In this document: positions 6,908 through 14,533 of the stretch, one piece after another
How the letters are laid out: each line of letters begins with the position of its first letter
Position numbering within the stretch: the first letter of the stretch is position 1
IMG/VR virus record: IMGVR_UViG_3300045971_000981
From: an uncultured virus (IMG/VR IMGVR_UViG_3300045971_000981)
Lineage: Duplodnaviria; Heunggongvirae; Uroviricota; Caudoviricetes
Length of the DNA stretch: 20,000 bases
Reading direction: 5' to 3' (one strand)
Notes under the pieces: generated by a model
The model's database searches: none
What the model was told of the DNA's origin: nothing
What the model saw: only the letters and a program-made list of their open reading frames with translations
Made by a program: the position numbers and the translations under genes

Positions 6908-7951
6908 CTAAGCAATCCGTCGATACGTCACACCCTCATCATCACCCTTGGCGTATGTCTCCTGCCTGAAATTCAGGCTCAAGTACTCCATCAACTGATC
7001 TCGCATCGTTCCCACCTGGTCAATGAGCCGATTGGCATTAAATTCCAAGTCACGCGAGACCAAATCAATTTTTTCCGCCAACTTATCTGCCCGTTCAGCG
7101 GTATTCGCCACGTAACCGCCAGTGGTTTTAGTGGCTTCCATCATTTCAGCCGCTTGTGTTAGCAGATCCTCTACTTCTGCGTTCATTTGCTCGATCGCAG
7201 GCTGCCTGAAATCCTCGATCGACATCATCATCTGCGGCAGCATCGTCACGTTTCCACCAGAAATCTCGCTAACAACAGCTTTCAGCGCTTCTAGCTGTGT
7301 TCGATGCACTTCCGGGATGTAATACAGTCCGCCTGAATCCGTCTGAGCAACAATTCCGCAGACTTTCACGAAATTCTTGATCAGCCCGCGCATTTCTTCA
7401 GCGGTCATCTGCTGAAATTCTTGATACTTATCAATCAACTGCTGGATAGCAGGATGCCAACAGGAATAGTGGAACTCATGGGTGTTCTTGTTCCACCGCA
7501 CCTGCGAAATCGTTGGGCAATCGGCATCGGTGCCCTGTTCGTTTGCCCGCCATTCCTTCAGAACCAGATTGACGCAAGGGTCTGTGTCAGCAGTCTCTGT
7601 CTCGGAAACTTTACCCCAGAACCACCCGTCCTTTTGACGCTGTGCCTTACTGCGATTAACAGCACCGAAAGCCTTCGTGAAAAACTGCTTCGGGCGAAGT
7701 TGAGCGGGTAGAAATTCTTCTCGCAGCCCATTCACGGTCGCAGATACCTCCAAGTCTGCGTAATCGAAGCGTGTTTGGGATGGGACTGTCCAGTAAACCA
7801 GGAACCCGATCGTCCTTGCCCCTAACTTCTGCTGAATCCGAACAGACTCTCTCATCTGTTCAAACCCACTCTTAGCGGTGTGCCTGCTACCAGTCATGGA
7901 GCCGCTCTCCACAACATCGCTCACAACTCTCGCGCCTAAATCTAAAGTCAT
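6908..7951 (-). CDS. DUF6744/DUF3150-like protein (347 aa)
   Basis: GFLVYWTV...DL......GL.EEFLP.......F.KA N-terminal motif, GGLYYIP motif and a helical C-terminus. AGGAGG SD. First gene of the AAA operon. Confidence 0.6.
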   Translation of the reverse strand: MTLDLGARVVSDVVESGSMTGSRHTAKSGFEQMRESVRIQQKLGARTIGFLVYWTVPSQTRFDYADLEVSATVNGLREEFLPAQLRPKQFFTKAFGAVNRSKAQRQKDGWFWGKVSETETADTDPCVNLVLKEWRANEQGTDADCPTISQVRWNKNTHEFHYSCWHPAIQQLIDKYQEFQQMTAEEMRGLIKNFVKVCGIVAQTDSGGLYYIPEVHRTQLEALKAVVSEISGGNVTMLPQMMMSIEDFRQPAIEQMNAEVEDLLTQAAEMMEATKTTGGYVANTAERADKLAEKIDLVSRDLEFNANRLIDQVGTMRDQLMEYLSLNFRQETYAKGDDEGVTYRRIA

Positions 7952-7981
7952 CGTTTCCTCCTTGGGATGAAAAATCCCTGA

Positions 7982-8026
7982 ACGATTAGACTATTTCCTC
8001 TATTCCAGGATATTCCATAAAATCCA
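7982..8026 (-). promoter_or_regulatory. Putative promoter with phased direct repeats upstream of the AAA operon
   Basis: -10-like TAGTCT (7993-7988) followed by AATCGT. TGGAATA occurs at 8017-8011 and 8007-8001 and GGAAATA at 7998-7992, spaced about 10 bp apart. Confidence 0.35.
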
Positions 8027-8076
8027 TTGATGCAAGAGAAATCCACGTCTATTTTTCAGGGAGTGTTTACCTGTCG

Positions 8077-8376
8077 CTATGCAAGTGGGTTTACCTCCTT
8101 GATTTGCTTGATCAGCTCATCGAAAACAGACTCGTTAGCCAGGGCGATCGCCTGTGCCTCCCTCTTAGCAGAGCGTCGTCCGCACTCCACCAGCAACTTG
8201 CTTTTCTGTGGGTCGCCAGTCAGGTTCCACGAGATGCTTTTCTTCCCTCCACCGCCATCGGTGATTAACAATTGGATGACATCGGCGTAGTAACCAGCAG
8301 CCTTCCCTCTCAAATCCCGGAAATCTACAGACAGGGAATATCCGCGCTGCCCAATCTCGCCTCGAAGTTCACGCAT
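8077..8376 (-). CDS. Hypothetical protein (99 aa)
   Basis: AAGGAG SD before ATG; co-oriented with neighbours. Confidence 0.75.
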   Translation of the reverse strand: MRELRGEIGQRGYSLSVDFRDLRGKAAGYYADVIQLLITDGGGGKKSISWNLTGDPQKSKLLVECGRRSAKREAQAIALANESVFDELIKQIKEVNPLA

Positions 8377-8404
8377 GGTCGTTCTCCTTGTAAAAATGAG
8401 TAAT

Positions 8405-8436
8405 AAAAAACCGCACCATTTCTGGCACGGCTTTTT
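8405..8436 (-). terminator. Rho-independent terminator
   Basis: GCCGTGCCA-GAAA-TGGTGCGGT-TTTTT on the minus strand, just downstream of the 8459 stop. Confidence 0.7.
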
Positions 8437-8458
8437 AACCGAATATGTGAAATCTGAC

Positions 8459-8644
8459 TTACTGCTCTTTAGTTAAAGAGATAGCGACACCCATTGCGAT
8501 ACCGTTTAATACCGCCAAGAGCAGCACGATCGTGAGTTGAATCCACGTCAGCTCAGGAAGCACGAGTATAAGCGCGGTTATCAACATGAGGCTGAGCATC
8601 GGTGTTGATGCCACCACTAGAAAATGCTGACTATTCACCCACAT
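8459..8644 (-). CDS. Small two-TM membrane protein (61 aa)
   Basis: AGGAGG SD before ATG 8644; two long hydrophobic stretches. Confidence 0.7.
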   Translation of the reverse strand: MWVNSQHFLVVASTPMLSLMLITALILVLPELTWIQLTIVLLLAVLNGIAMGVAISLTKEQ

Positions 8645-8979
8645 GAATCCTCCTTGCGATCGTCGTCGCATTCAAGTACAACCAAATACGTGAACCCAGG
8701 CGCGGTTACGCTTGAGTTAACGTCCTTTTTTACTCGCCCCGCTTCAACCAGGGCATCACGAACCGACGGCTTCAAGTCTGGATAGCCTCGCTTGTCGATC
8801 GTCTCTGGAGCTAGCTGTCTAAAAACCGGAACTAGATCCGGCAGAAATAAGCAGCCCCATTTGAAATGCCTGTAGATCCGTAGCCTGTCACGCTCCGCCA
8901 CCTTCACCGCACCCAGCCTCTTTTCCCTGATTGTTTCAAGGACTAGATCCAGAGCAGCGATCGCCTCAGTTTTCTTCAT
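8635..8979 (-). CDS. Hypothetical basic protein (114 aa)
   Basis: Start moved to ATG 8979 (MKKTEAIAAL) because the upstream part of the track ORF overlaps a better-supported gene. Confidence 0.65.
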   Translation of the reverse strand: MKKTEAIAALDLVLETIREKRLGAVKVAERDRLRIYRHFKWGCLFLPDLVPVFRQLAPETIDKRGYPDLKPSVRDALVEAGRVKKDVNSSVTAPGFTYLVVLECDDDRKEDSCG

Positions 8980-9136
8980 GATGGATAAACCCCCAGAGAG
9001 GATATATAGTTGCGACCAGGAAAAAAGCCAGCCACAATTCCATGTCAGTCTTCCGGGAAGCTTCTCGGATTGCTGCCCTGTTGAGCAGGACGTAGAGAGC
9101 ACCGATACCGAAATAGAGCGCGATCGCTGTTAGCAT
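8966..9136 (-). CDS. Small two-TM membrane protein (56 aa), not in the ORF track
   Basis: GGAGGT SD then MLTAIALYFGIGALYVLLNRAAIREASRKTDMELWLAFFLVATIYPLWGFIHHEEN; fills the gap between neighbours. Confidence 0.7.
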   Translation of the reverse strand: MLTAIALYFGIGALYVLLNRAAIREASRKTDMELWLAFFLVATIYPLWGFIHHEEN

Positions 9137-9166
9137 GACTCCACCTCCGCAGGATTGATGATTGAT

Positions 9167-9670
9167 TCATACATAGACATCCCTGTCCGTGACAGGCATG
9201 AGCAACCCTTCGATGTAGGCTACGCCATCATCGTCTTTTCCTGATCTGACCACAAGGGGAGACGATGTGCTGGTCGTGTTAATGAACAGCCTGATGATAG
9301 GACGCTCAGTATGAGCTTCTTGAGCGGCGATCGTCATCTCCGCCAGCTTGACTAACATGTGAGGATCGACCGTGATTGCAGCATGGGTTTCAGGACTAAT
9401 CTCGTCAACGTAACGCGCTACTGCCTTGGGTATCGTTTCGGCAGAGGTTCCGCCACCGTCAGCGCCCTCTTCTATTGGGATGCTCAACTCATCCAGTTTG
9501 ACAATCCCGGCAGTGTCGCTGCTGTAATGTGGCAGGCGAACCGCATAGAATCCATCTGTCGCGTACAAGCCCCTCGAATTGACCTTGGCGATCGCTTCTG
9601 ACTCTCCAATGCGGAATCTCGCCTTGAGTAAGGCTCTGGATAGCTTTTGCTTAATCCGTAATTCGCTCAT
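9167..9670 (-). CDS. Truncated DNA polymerase III beta-clamp-like protein (167 aa)
   Basis: LYATDGFYAV (compare DnaN ATDGHRL), ITVDPHMLVKL, SPLVVR and terminal GLLMPV (compare DnaN C-terminal YVVMPMR). Confidence 0.55.
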   Translation of the reverse strand: MSELRIKQKLSRALLKARFRIGESEAIAKVNSRGLYATDGFYAVRLPHYSSDTAGIVKLDELSIPIEEGADGGGTSAETIPKAVARYVDEISPETHAAITVDPHMLVKLAEMTIAAQEAHTERPIIRLFINTTSTSSPLVVRSGKDDDGVAYIEGLLMPVTDRDVYV

Positions 9671-9673
9671 TAT

Positions 9674-10276
9674 TCATCTCCAGTAAGGCTCTGAATATAG
9701 GTAGGTAGCACCCTCGATCGCGCCTGGGTTATCCTGTGCGAACACTGTCCACACCACGCCATCGGTCACCTCACGCCGATAGCTGAGCGGATAAAGGCGA
9801 AGGATCGTAGCACGGGCATGACCTTCCCTCATTTCCCTCGTCGTTACATAATAGAAGTGGCGATCGCACCCATCTAGAAGAGGTTCGTAGAGAGGTCGGT
9901 CAGTGATCACGATCGCGTCCTCACCGTAGCATTTAAGTTCGCTGTGGGCTGGTACAATCCGAGTTGGGAAAATACCATCAGTCGAACGCAAGTCCTTGCC
10001 TGTCGTCATATCTATTGCTGTGGTCATTCTGTACGATCGTGATGAAAACAGCAAATAGTTGACTCCTAGCGGTGACTGAATAACCCCTTCTTGACGTGTC
10101 AGGGTTTCTAGCTCCCAATGTTCTACAGTTTTGATTCCAGGGTGGAATGTCTGCAACAAGCAGCCTTCCCACCAATCATCGCTTAGCATATCTTCCAGGA
10201 ATTCTTGGTATCGTCGTGCGGTCTCCCACGCCATCTCACCCGTTACTTGTCTGAATGGAGTGATATTGATTGGCAT
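9674..10276 (-). CDS. Hypothetical protein, paralog A (200 aa)
   Basis: Shares TPFRQVT, LQTF.P..TVEHW.LE, RIVP.H, TDRPLYEPLLDG.DRH, LYPLSY.REV and TYLYSEPYWR with the next gene. Confidence 0.85.
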   Translation of the reverse strand: MPINITPFRQVTGEMAWETARRYQEFLEDMLSDDWWEGCLLQTFHPGIKTVEHWELETLTRQEGVIQSPLGVNYLLFSSRSYRMTTAIDMTTGKDLRSTDGIFPTRIVPAHSELKCYGEDAIVITDRPLYEPLLDGCDRHFYYVTTREMREGHARATILRLYPLSYRREVTDGVVWTVFAQDNPGAIEGATYLYSEPYWR

Positions 10277-10279
10277 TGC

Positions 10280-10840
10280 TTACCTCCAGTAAGGCTCTGA
10301 ATATAGATAAGTCGAACCGCCGATCGCTACCACACGACCCTCGATCGCAATCACGCTGTCCACAAACACCGTCCACAACTCGCCGTTATTTACCTCGCGC
10401 CCATAACTGAGCGGGTAAAGGTGACGGATCCTAGCCACAGTGCTGGCATGGTTTATGCCATACGGCACGAAATAGATGTGACGATCGCGCCCATCTAGCA
10501 GTGGTTCGTATAAGGGACGGTCTGTACATACGATCGCCTCATCGCCGTAACCATCAAAATCCCAGTGAATCGGCACGATCCGGTAGGGGAAAACATCACC
10601 TCCCTCTACTAGACCGCTCTTTGTATCTACTTCCATGCTGAAACGCGATGCGGGATGAATGCGTTCCCCAAATTTGACCCGTTCAAGTCGCCAGTGTTCT
10701 ACGGTTTCCTCAGCAGGGCAGAAGGTCTGTAAAAAACACCGGTCGAATTGGTATAGGTTTGACAGCCAAGCATCGTATTTCTTTGCGGTGTCACGCATCA
10801 TAGATCGTGTCACCTGTCTAAACGGTGTGTTTCTGACCAT
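10280..10840 (-). CDS. Hypothetical protein, paralog B (186 aa)
   Basis: Tandem paralog of 9674-10276, separated by 3 nt. Confidence 0.85.
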   Translation of the reverse strand: MVRNTPFRQVTRSMMRDTAKKYDAWLSNLYQFDRCFLQTFCPAEETVEHWRLERVKFGERIHPASRFSMEVDTKSGLVEGGDVFPYRIVPIHWDFDGYGDEAIVCTDRPLYEPLLDGRDRHIYFVPYGINHASTVARIRHLYPLSYGREVNNGELWTVFVDSVIAIEGRVVAIGGSTYLYSEPYWR

Positions 10841-10952
10841 TGGTTTTACGCTCGTTAGGCTCAGCTAAAACTGTAAGTGAATCAAATGCTTCCTAGACGC
10901 TAGGTTACAGGGTCGATCGTCCGGGAAATGTAAGCTAAGAAAACTTGATGAA

Positions 10953-11320
10953 TCACTCTGGCACCTTTAGTACTGGCAGTGGATCCAGGAACGATTCGAC
11001 TTTGATATTGCTACCATTGTCAGTCGTTCTCTGCCGTTTCACCGTGCAGCCAGTGCTAGCGATCGCCGTGGTGATCTTTTCTGCTAGCTGAAGTGTGAAC
11101 TCAACACCCTGCGACCTTGTGGAAATCAGAGCGTCGTTCATATAGGTCGTTCTTCTGTTATGCAGAAGCAGCCCTTTCCGATCTAGATCGTCGATCATCT
11201 CATCAAGATCTGGAGTGGACGCACAATAAGATCTGGAGTGGACGCACAATCAATTAGGATGTGGTCACCCTTAACGAGAACACACGCAGTCAACGGAATA
11301 TCGCTCAGATCTAATATCAT
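10953..11320 (-). pseudogene. Hypothetical gene frameshifted by a 23-bp tandem duplication
   Basis: GAGGG SD and ATG 11320 (MILDLSDIPLTACVLVKGDHILID). Removing one 23-bp copy joins it in frame to CASTPDLDEM...LKVPE, giving 114 aa. Confidence 0.75.
11205..11250. repeat. Perfect 23-bp tandem duplication
   Basis: AAGATCTGGAGTGGACGCACAAT twice (11205-11227, 11228-11250). Confidence 0.97.
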
Positions 11321-11349
11321 GGTTACCCTCTTCAGTTCTTGGAATCCTA

Positions 11350-11399
11350 CGATTAGTATAAATCATCTAATCGATAGCCACTAAGAATTCGGCTATACT
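11350..11399. promoter_or_regulatory. Divergent promoter region with two adjacent inverted repeats
   Basis: TATACT on minus (11360-11355) and on plus (11394-11399). Inverted repeats CGATTAG..CTAATCG (11350-11373) and ATAGCC..GGCTAT (11374-11396). Confidence 0.45.
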
Positions 11400-11403
11400 T
11401 TAT

Positions 11404-11829
11404 ATGCCACACCCAACCCTGCCAATCATGGAATTTTCCCAACTCCTCAGCAACCCGCTAATCAGCTTGTCGATCGGAGCTACGATCGGCTCCCTCCTCC
11501 CAACCGCCTTCAAGTCTCTCTCCACACTAGCAACCACCCTACTGCAAACTAAGGTCATTCCAGTCGAAACCGTGACCAAGGCGTTCGATGCCCTGGATCA
11601 AGGACTGCGAACCTATGCCGGGGAAGGTAACCCAGTTTCCACCAGCGAGATTTACTGTGCAGCTCGTGTGGTTGCCCAGAATATCAGCGACAGACAACTA
11701 ACCGACTCTGAATTGAAATCCTGGACAGCCTACCTTGCTAAGAAGTTCGACGGTAACGCCATGTTGTCTAAGAAGTTGCCTGCCACCTTGAGCCCGATCG
11801 CGGGTCAGGTTCTTAAAGCACTTCAATAA
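11404..11829 (+). CDS. Hypothetical protein with hydrophobic N-terminal helix (only plus-strand gene)
   Basis: Occupies a gap in the minus-strand genes, has its own -10 and terminator, and carries LLSNPLISLSIGATIGSLL. Start could be ATG 11428. Confidence 0.8.
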   Translation: MPHPTLPIMEFSQLLSNPLISLSIGATIGSLLPTAFKSLSTLATTLLQTKVIPVETVTKAFDALDQGLRTYAGEGNPVSTSEIYCAARVVAQNISDRQLTDSELKSWTAYLAKKFDGNAMLSKKLPATLSPIAGQVLKALQ

Positions 11830-11860
11830 CAAGTTTCACGCTCACAAACTCCAGTCACCC

Positions 11861-11881
11861 GCCCCCGCAAGGGGGCTTTTT
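11861..11881 (+). terminator. Rho-independent terminator
   Basis: GCCCCC-GCAA-GGGGGC-TTTTT between convergent genes. Confidence 0.85.
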
Positions 11882-11896
11882 ATTGCCAAGTCAACG

Positions 11897-12400
11897 TTAA
11901 ACCCGATCGGTCAAGATCTTATAGCTGAACCCAAGCCCCAATTCCTCAACAACTTCACCGATCGACATTCCTGGGTACGTCCCGTCGGCATCTATATCTA
12001 TTCCACTGCACTGCCATTCATTGCTAGGGATTCCGTAGACGTAAATCACACCTTCACGCTCTACCTCTACAGCGAAGCAGTAAATTGCCCCATTATTGAA
12101 AATAAAGTAATTAGTGTGGGTAGCCTCTGCGAAGCGATCGTCCCTTCTCGGTTCAGTCACAGCGCCGACATACTTGGCGCGGTACTCTCCCCGGAAATCC
12201 TCACAGACTCCATCGACGAATAGGAACGAACCTTGACCGCCGATAACCCGCAGTCGCATACTGTCTTCTGGGTCACCCTCTTTGGAAGGATCTTGAAGGC
12301 AGTCCGTAAAACGAACTCTAGCTGGATGACTACCTGAGTCACCCAGCTCTGGATGACTGCCCTTCGCGGGTTCATAGATTTTAATCGTGTGGTACATCAT
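11897..12400 (-). CDS. Hypothetical acidic protein (167 aa)
   Basis: GGGAG SD before ATG 12400. Confidence 0.7.
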   Translation of the reverse strand: MMYHTIKIYEPAKGSHPELGDSGSHPARVRFTDCLQDPSKEGDPEDSMRLRVIGGQGSFLFVDGVCEDFRGEYRAKYVGAVTEPRRDDRFAEATHTNYFIFNNGAIYCFAVEVEREGVIYVYGIPSNEWQCSGIDIDADGTYPGMSIGEVVEELGLGFSYKILTDRV

Positions 12401-12650
12401 CAGCCATCTCCCAAGCATAGGCTAGCGCTGTCTTCACGGCAGTTGTCATGGGCATTCCCTCATAGCGCTGGATAATACCGTCTGCCATCAACTCTGCCAA
12501 AGCAGTAATAGTCACAGGCATGGCATTTTCAGCCCCAACACCAGGGACTTGCTCAAGAACCTCGACGACGATCGACCGGAACTGACAAGGGTCGCTTGCT
12601 TGGAGCAAGTCGATGATTATTTGCTTGGCTGATTCAACAGTGTCATTCAT
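12381..12650 (-). CDS. Hypothetical protein (89 aa), possibly winged-helix-like
   Basis: Compact ORF in the gene run; ITALAELMADGIIQR weakly resembles a wHTH recognition helix and wing. Confidence 0.65.
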   Translation of the reverse strand: MNDTVESAKQIIIDLLQASDPCQFRSIVVEVLEQVPGVGAENAMPVTITALAELMADGIIQRYEGMPMTTAVKTALAYAWEMADDVPHD

Positions 12651-12668
12651 AGTTGGTTCTCTTGGTTT

Positions 12669-13025
12669 TCAGGTCGGTAAGGTAAGCTGTTTCAGGAGTT
12701 GAATAGTGCTGCCCGTAAAGCTGTTCTTGCTGAGTTTGCGGATCTTAGCGGCTGTATCACTGTAGATCCGCGCATCGTTAATCTGCTTCAACTCATACAG
12801 ATCCACAGCCCCTTCCATCGCATGGATGGCGTAGGGTGTGTCTTCCAGCCCCGAACGAAACTTGCCTTCCTTGTCATACATGAGTGGACATGCCCGCATT
12901 GACGACAAGCGATCGTCCCTGCAATTTGTCGCCGTACTGATCGGGGTCATCCTCACGGCGAATGGACACCCGATCTTTGAACAGACGTTGATAGTTTGGG
13001 GCGCTGAATCATATTTAACGGGCAT
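12669..13025 (-). CDS. Hypothetical protein with four Cys, possibly metal-binding (118 aa)
   Basis: AAGGAG SD; C....CP...C...CP pattern. Confidence 0.7.
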   Translation of the reverse strand: MPVKYDSAPQTINVCSKIGCPFAVRMTPISTATNCRDDRLSSMRACPLMYDKEGKFRSGLEDTPYAIHAMEGAVDLYELKQINDARIYSDTAAKIRKLSKNSFTGSTIQLLKQLTLPT

Positions 13026-13062
13026 ACCGTTCGTGCTCCTTGATTAGCCTGTATACTCCATT

Positions 13063-13224
13063 CTAACTCAGCACCTCAGAAACACGGTAGCCTGAGCACC
13101 GCAGCTCTGCCACTTCTGCCAATAGTTGGGCAAAGGGCAGAGCTTTAACCAACTTCACAACAATTTCACCCTTGGCATTAATCAGGGTGATCAGCGCCAG
13201 GGGCGTAGCAGGGTAAGTATTCAT
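13063..13224 (-). CDS. Small hypothetical protein (53 aa), not in the ORF track
   Basis: MNTYPATPLALITLINAKGEIVVKLVKALPFAQLLAEVAELRCSGYRVSEVLS; starts 5 nt after the upstream stop and fills the gap. Confidence 0.55.
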   Translation of the reverse strand: MNTYPATPLALITLINAKGEIVVKLVKALPFAQLLAEVAELRCSGYRVSEVLS

Positions 13225-13229
13225 GGTGT

Positions 13230-13547
13230 TTACCAGTCCGGTTCAAGAATGGCGTTGATAAAGGGAATGCCATCTCTCATCACGGCTTCATAGCTGTTGA
13301 CGTAGATGTCAGGGATATTGGCGCAGACATCGATCGCCTTGTGAAGTAGCGCGATCGCGTCTTTGTCCTCCCACAGAACAAGAGTCACGATCGCCCTATT
13401 CTGCAACAGCCACTCGAAAAGTAGCTGCGTTCGGAGTTGCGCGTGAGGTTTGCTATCCTCGATGGCGAGTAAGTCACGATCTCCTAGGCTGGTTACCCAT
13501 CGTGACGGCAGGGTTACCCGCCATGTGTGAGAAATGTTGATGGTCAT
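13230..13547 (-). CDS. Hypothetical protein (105 aa)
   Basis: ATGA overlap with the upstream gene and GGAG SD. Confidence 0.75.
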   Translation of the reverse strand: MTINISHTWRVTLPSRWVTSLGDRDLLAIEDSKPHAQLRTQLLFEWLLQNRAIVTLVLWEDKDAIALLHKAIDVCANIPDIYVNSYEAVMRDGIPFINAILEPDW

Positions 13548-14284
13548 AAGGTTGCTCCATGCAGATACTTCACGTCTTTTAGCTGTGTAAATGCGTTGTC
13601 CCAGTCGTCTTCACCAAAGCAGGTTGCGTCTTTGTAGATGTAGCAGCTATACTGTTCAACCGTCATACCCTCAACCATTTGCCAGCCCAGCGCGATCGCT
13701 AGCTTGGTTTCTTGGGCAGAGATCCTGTAACCTTTGGGCTTTCGATGCCTCTTCATGGTGTAATGCAAGGAAATACCACCCTCGCAAAGAGCAGTCTCAC
13801 CGTGAACCGTGACATGCCTCAGAATAGTAAACCCCATAGTATTCTGAATGAGCATGGTCGCTTTTTGCCCAAGTAGGGTGGAAAGCTTGTTGGTGTCCCG
13901 CTCCGTTATAAACGCGGTTACCTTTTCTACGATCTGTTCATGGGTTATGGAGCTGCGATCGTAGAACTCAAAGAACTCGCTCCCTATGCGGCAGAGAATA
14001 CGCTGCACATCCAGAATCACGTATTCACAGAGACGGAAAGATTCCGTGCCATTCCAGCCCTTGAACCCAACAGGCAGACCGTCACAGAACATCTCGCCCC
14101 ATCGCTCTCTGGTGATTTCCGCTGGGGACGTGCAGAAGCTATTAGCCACGTCTTCTTCGGAGCCGACGATCGCCCCAGGATATTCCTCCTGAATTTCCTC
14201 GATCGTCCTGCATGGATAGGCGGGGTCTTCTTCATCTCTGACATCGATGACCCTGTCTCCAGGGATGTAGATATAGGTCAGCAT
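13544..14284 (-). CDS. Two-domain hypothetical protein, N-terminal half DUF1419-like (246 aa)
   Basis: AGGAG SD and TAATG overlap. P.EIT.ERW.EM....LP........ESF...E motif recalls the DUF1419-type EIT..Y..ML..LPP..F...E motif; family call is tentative. Confidence 0.65.
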   Translation of the reverse strand: MLTYIYIPGDRVIDVRDEEDPAYPCRTIEEIQEEYPGAIVGSEEDVANSFCTSPAEITRERWGEMFCDGLPVGFKGWNGTESFRLCEYVILDVQRILCRIGSEFFEFYDRSSITHEQIVEKVTAFITERDTNKLSTLLGQKATMLIQNTMGFTILRHVTVHGETALCEGGISLHYTMKRHRKPKGYRISAQETKLAIALGWQMVEGMTVEQYSCYIYKDATCFGEDDWDNAFTQLKDVKYLHGATL

Positions 14285-14466
14285 TAAATCACTCCTACGA
14301 TCGTGATGGGCAGGGAAACGTGCCGGGAAATAGCAAATGCTCTACGGCGGATTAGCTCTGCCAAGTACTTGGCTTCCAAGCGATCGGCTGCTTGAATTCT
14401 CATTGAGATTGCACCGATTTGAACTACATAGTTATGTAACATGGTCATCTTCCTGAATGTTTGCAT
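14284..14466 (-). CDS. Small hypothetical protein (<=60 aa)
   Basis: TAATG coupling to the next gene; start may be 14448 or 14442. Confidence 0.6.
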   Translation of the reverse strand: MQTFRKMTMLHNYVVQIGAISMRIQAADRLEAKYLAELIRRRAFAISRHVSLPITIVGVI

Positions 14467-14474
14467 GAAAAAAC

Positions 14475-14515
14475 CGATCGCGGGTCTGAGGAGGCGGGCG
14501 ATCGGTTGGGTGATG
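14475..14515. repeat. 41-bp intergenic direct repeat, copy 1 (pairs with 14952-14992)
   Basis: CGATCGCGGGTCTGAGGAG(G/A)CGGGCGATCGGTTGGGTGATG, 40/41 identical. This copy forms an AACCGATCGC/GCGATCGGTT hairpin plus T-run on the minus strand. Confidence 0.95.
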
Positions 14516-14533
14516 ATGGGTTGCTAGCTGACA

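Noticed and set aside
12381..12650. Aca-like HTH regulator
   Set aside because: The wHTH resemblance is limited to one helix-turn-strand and the gene lies far from the candidate acr.
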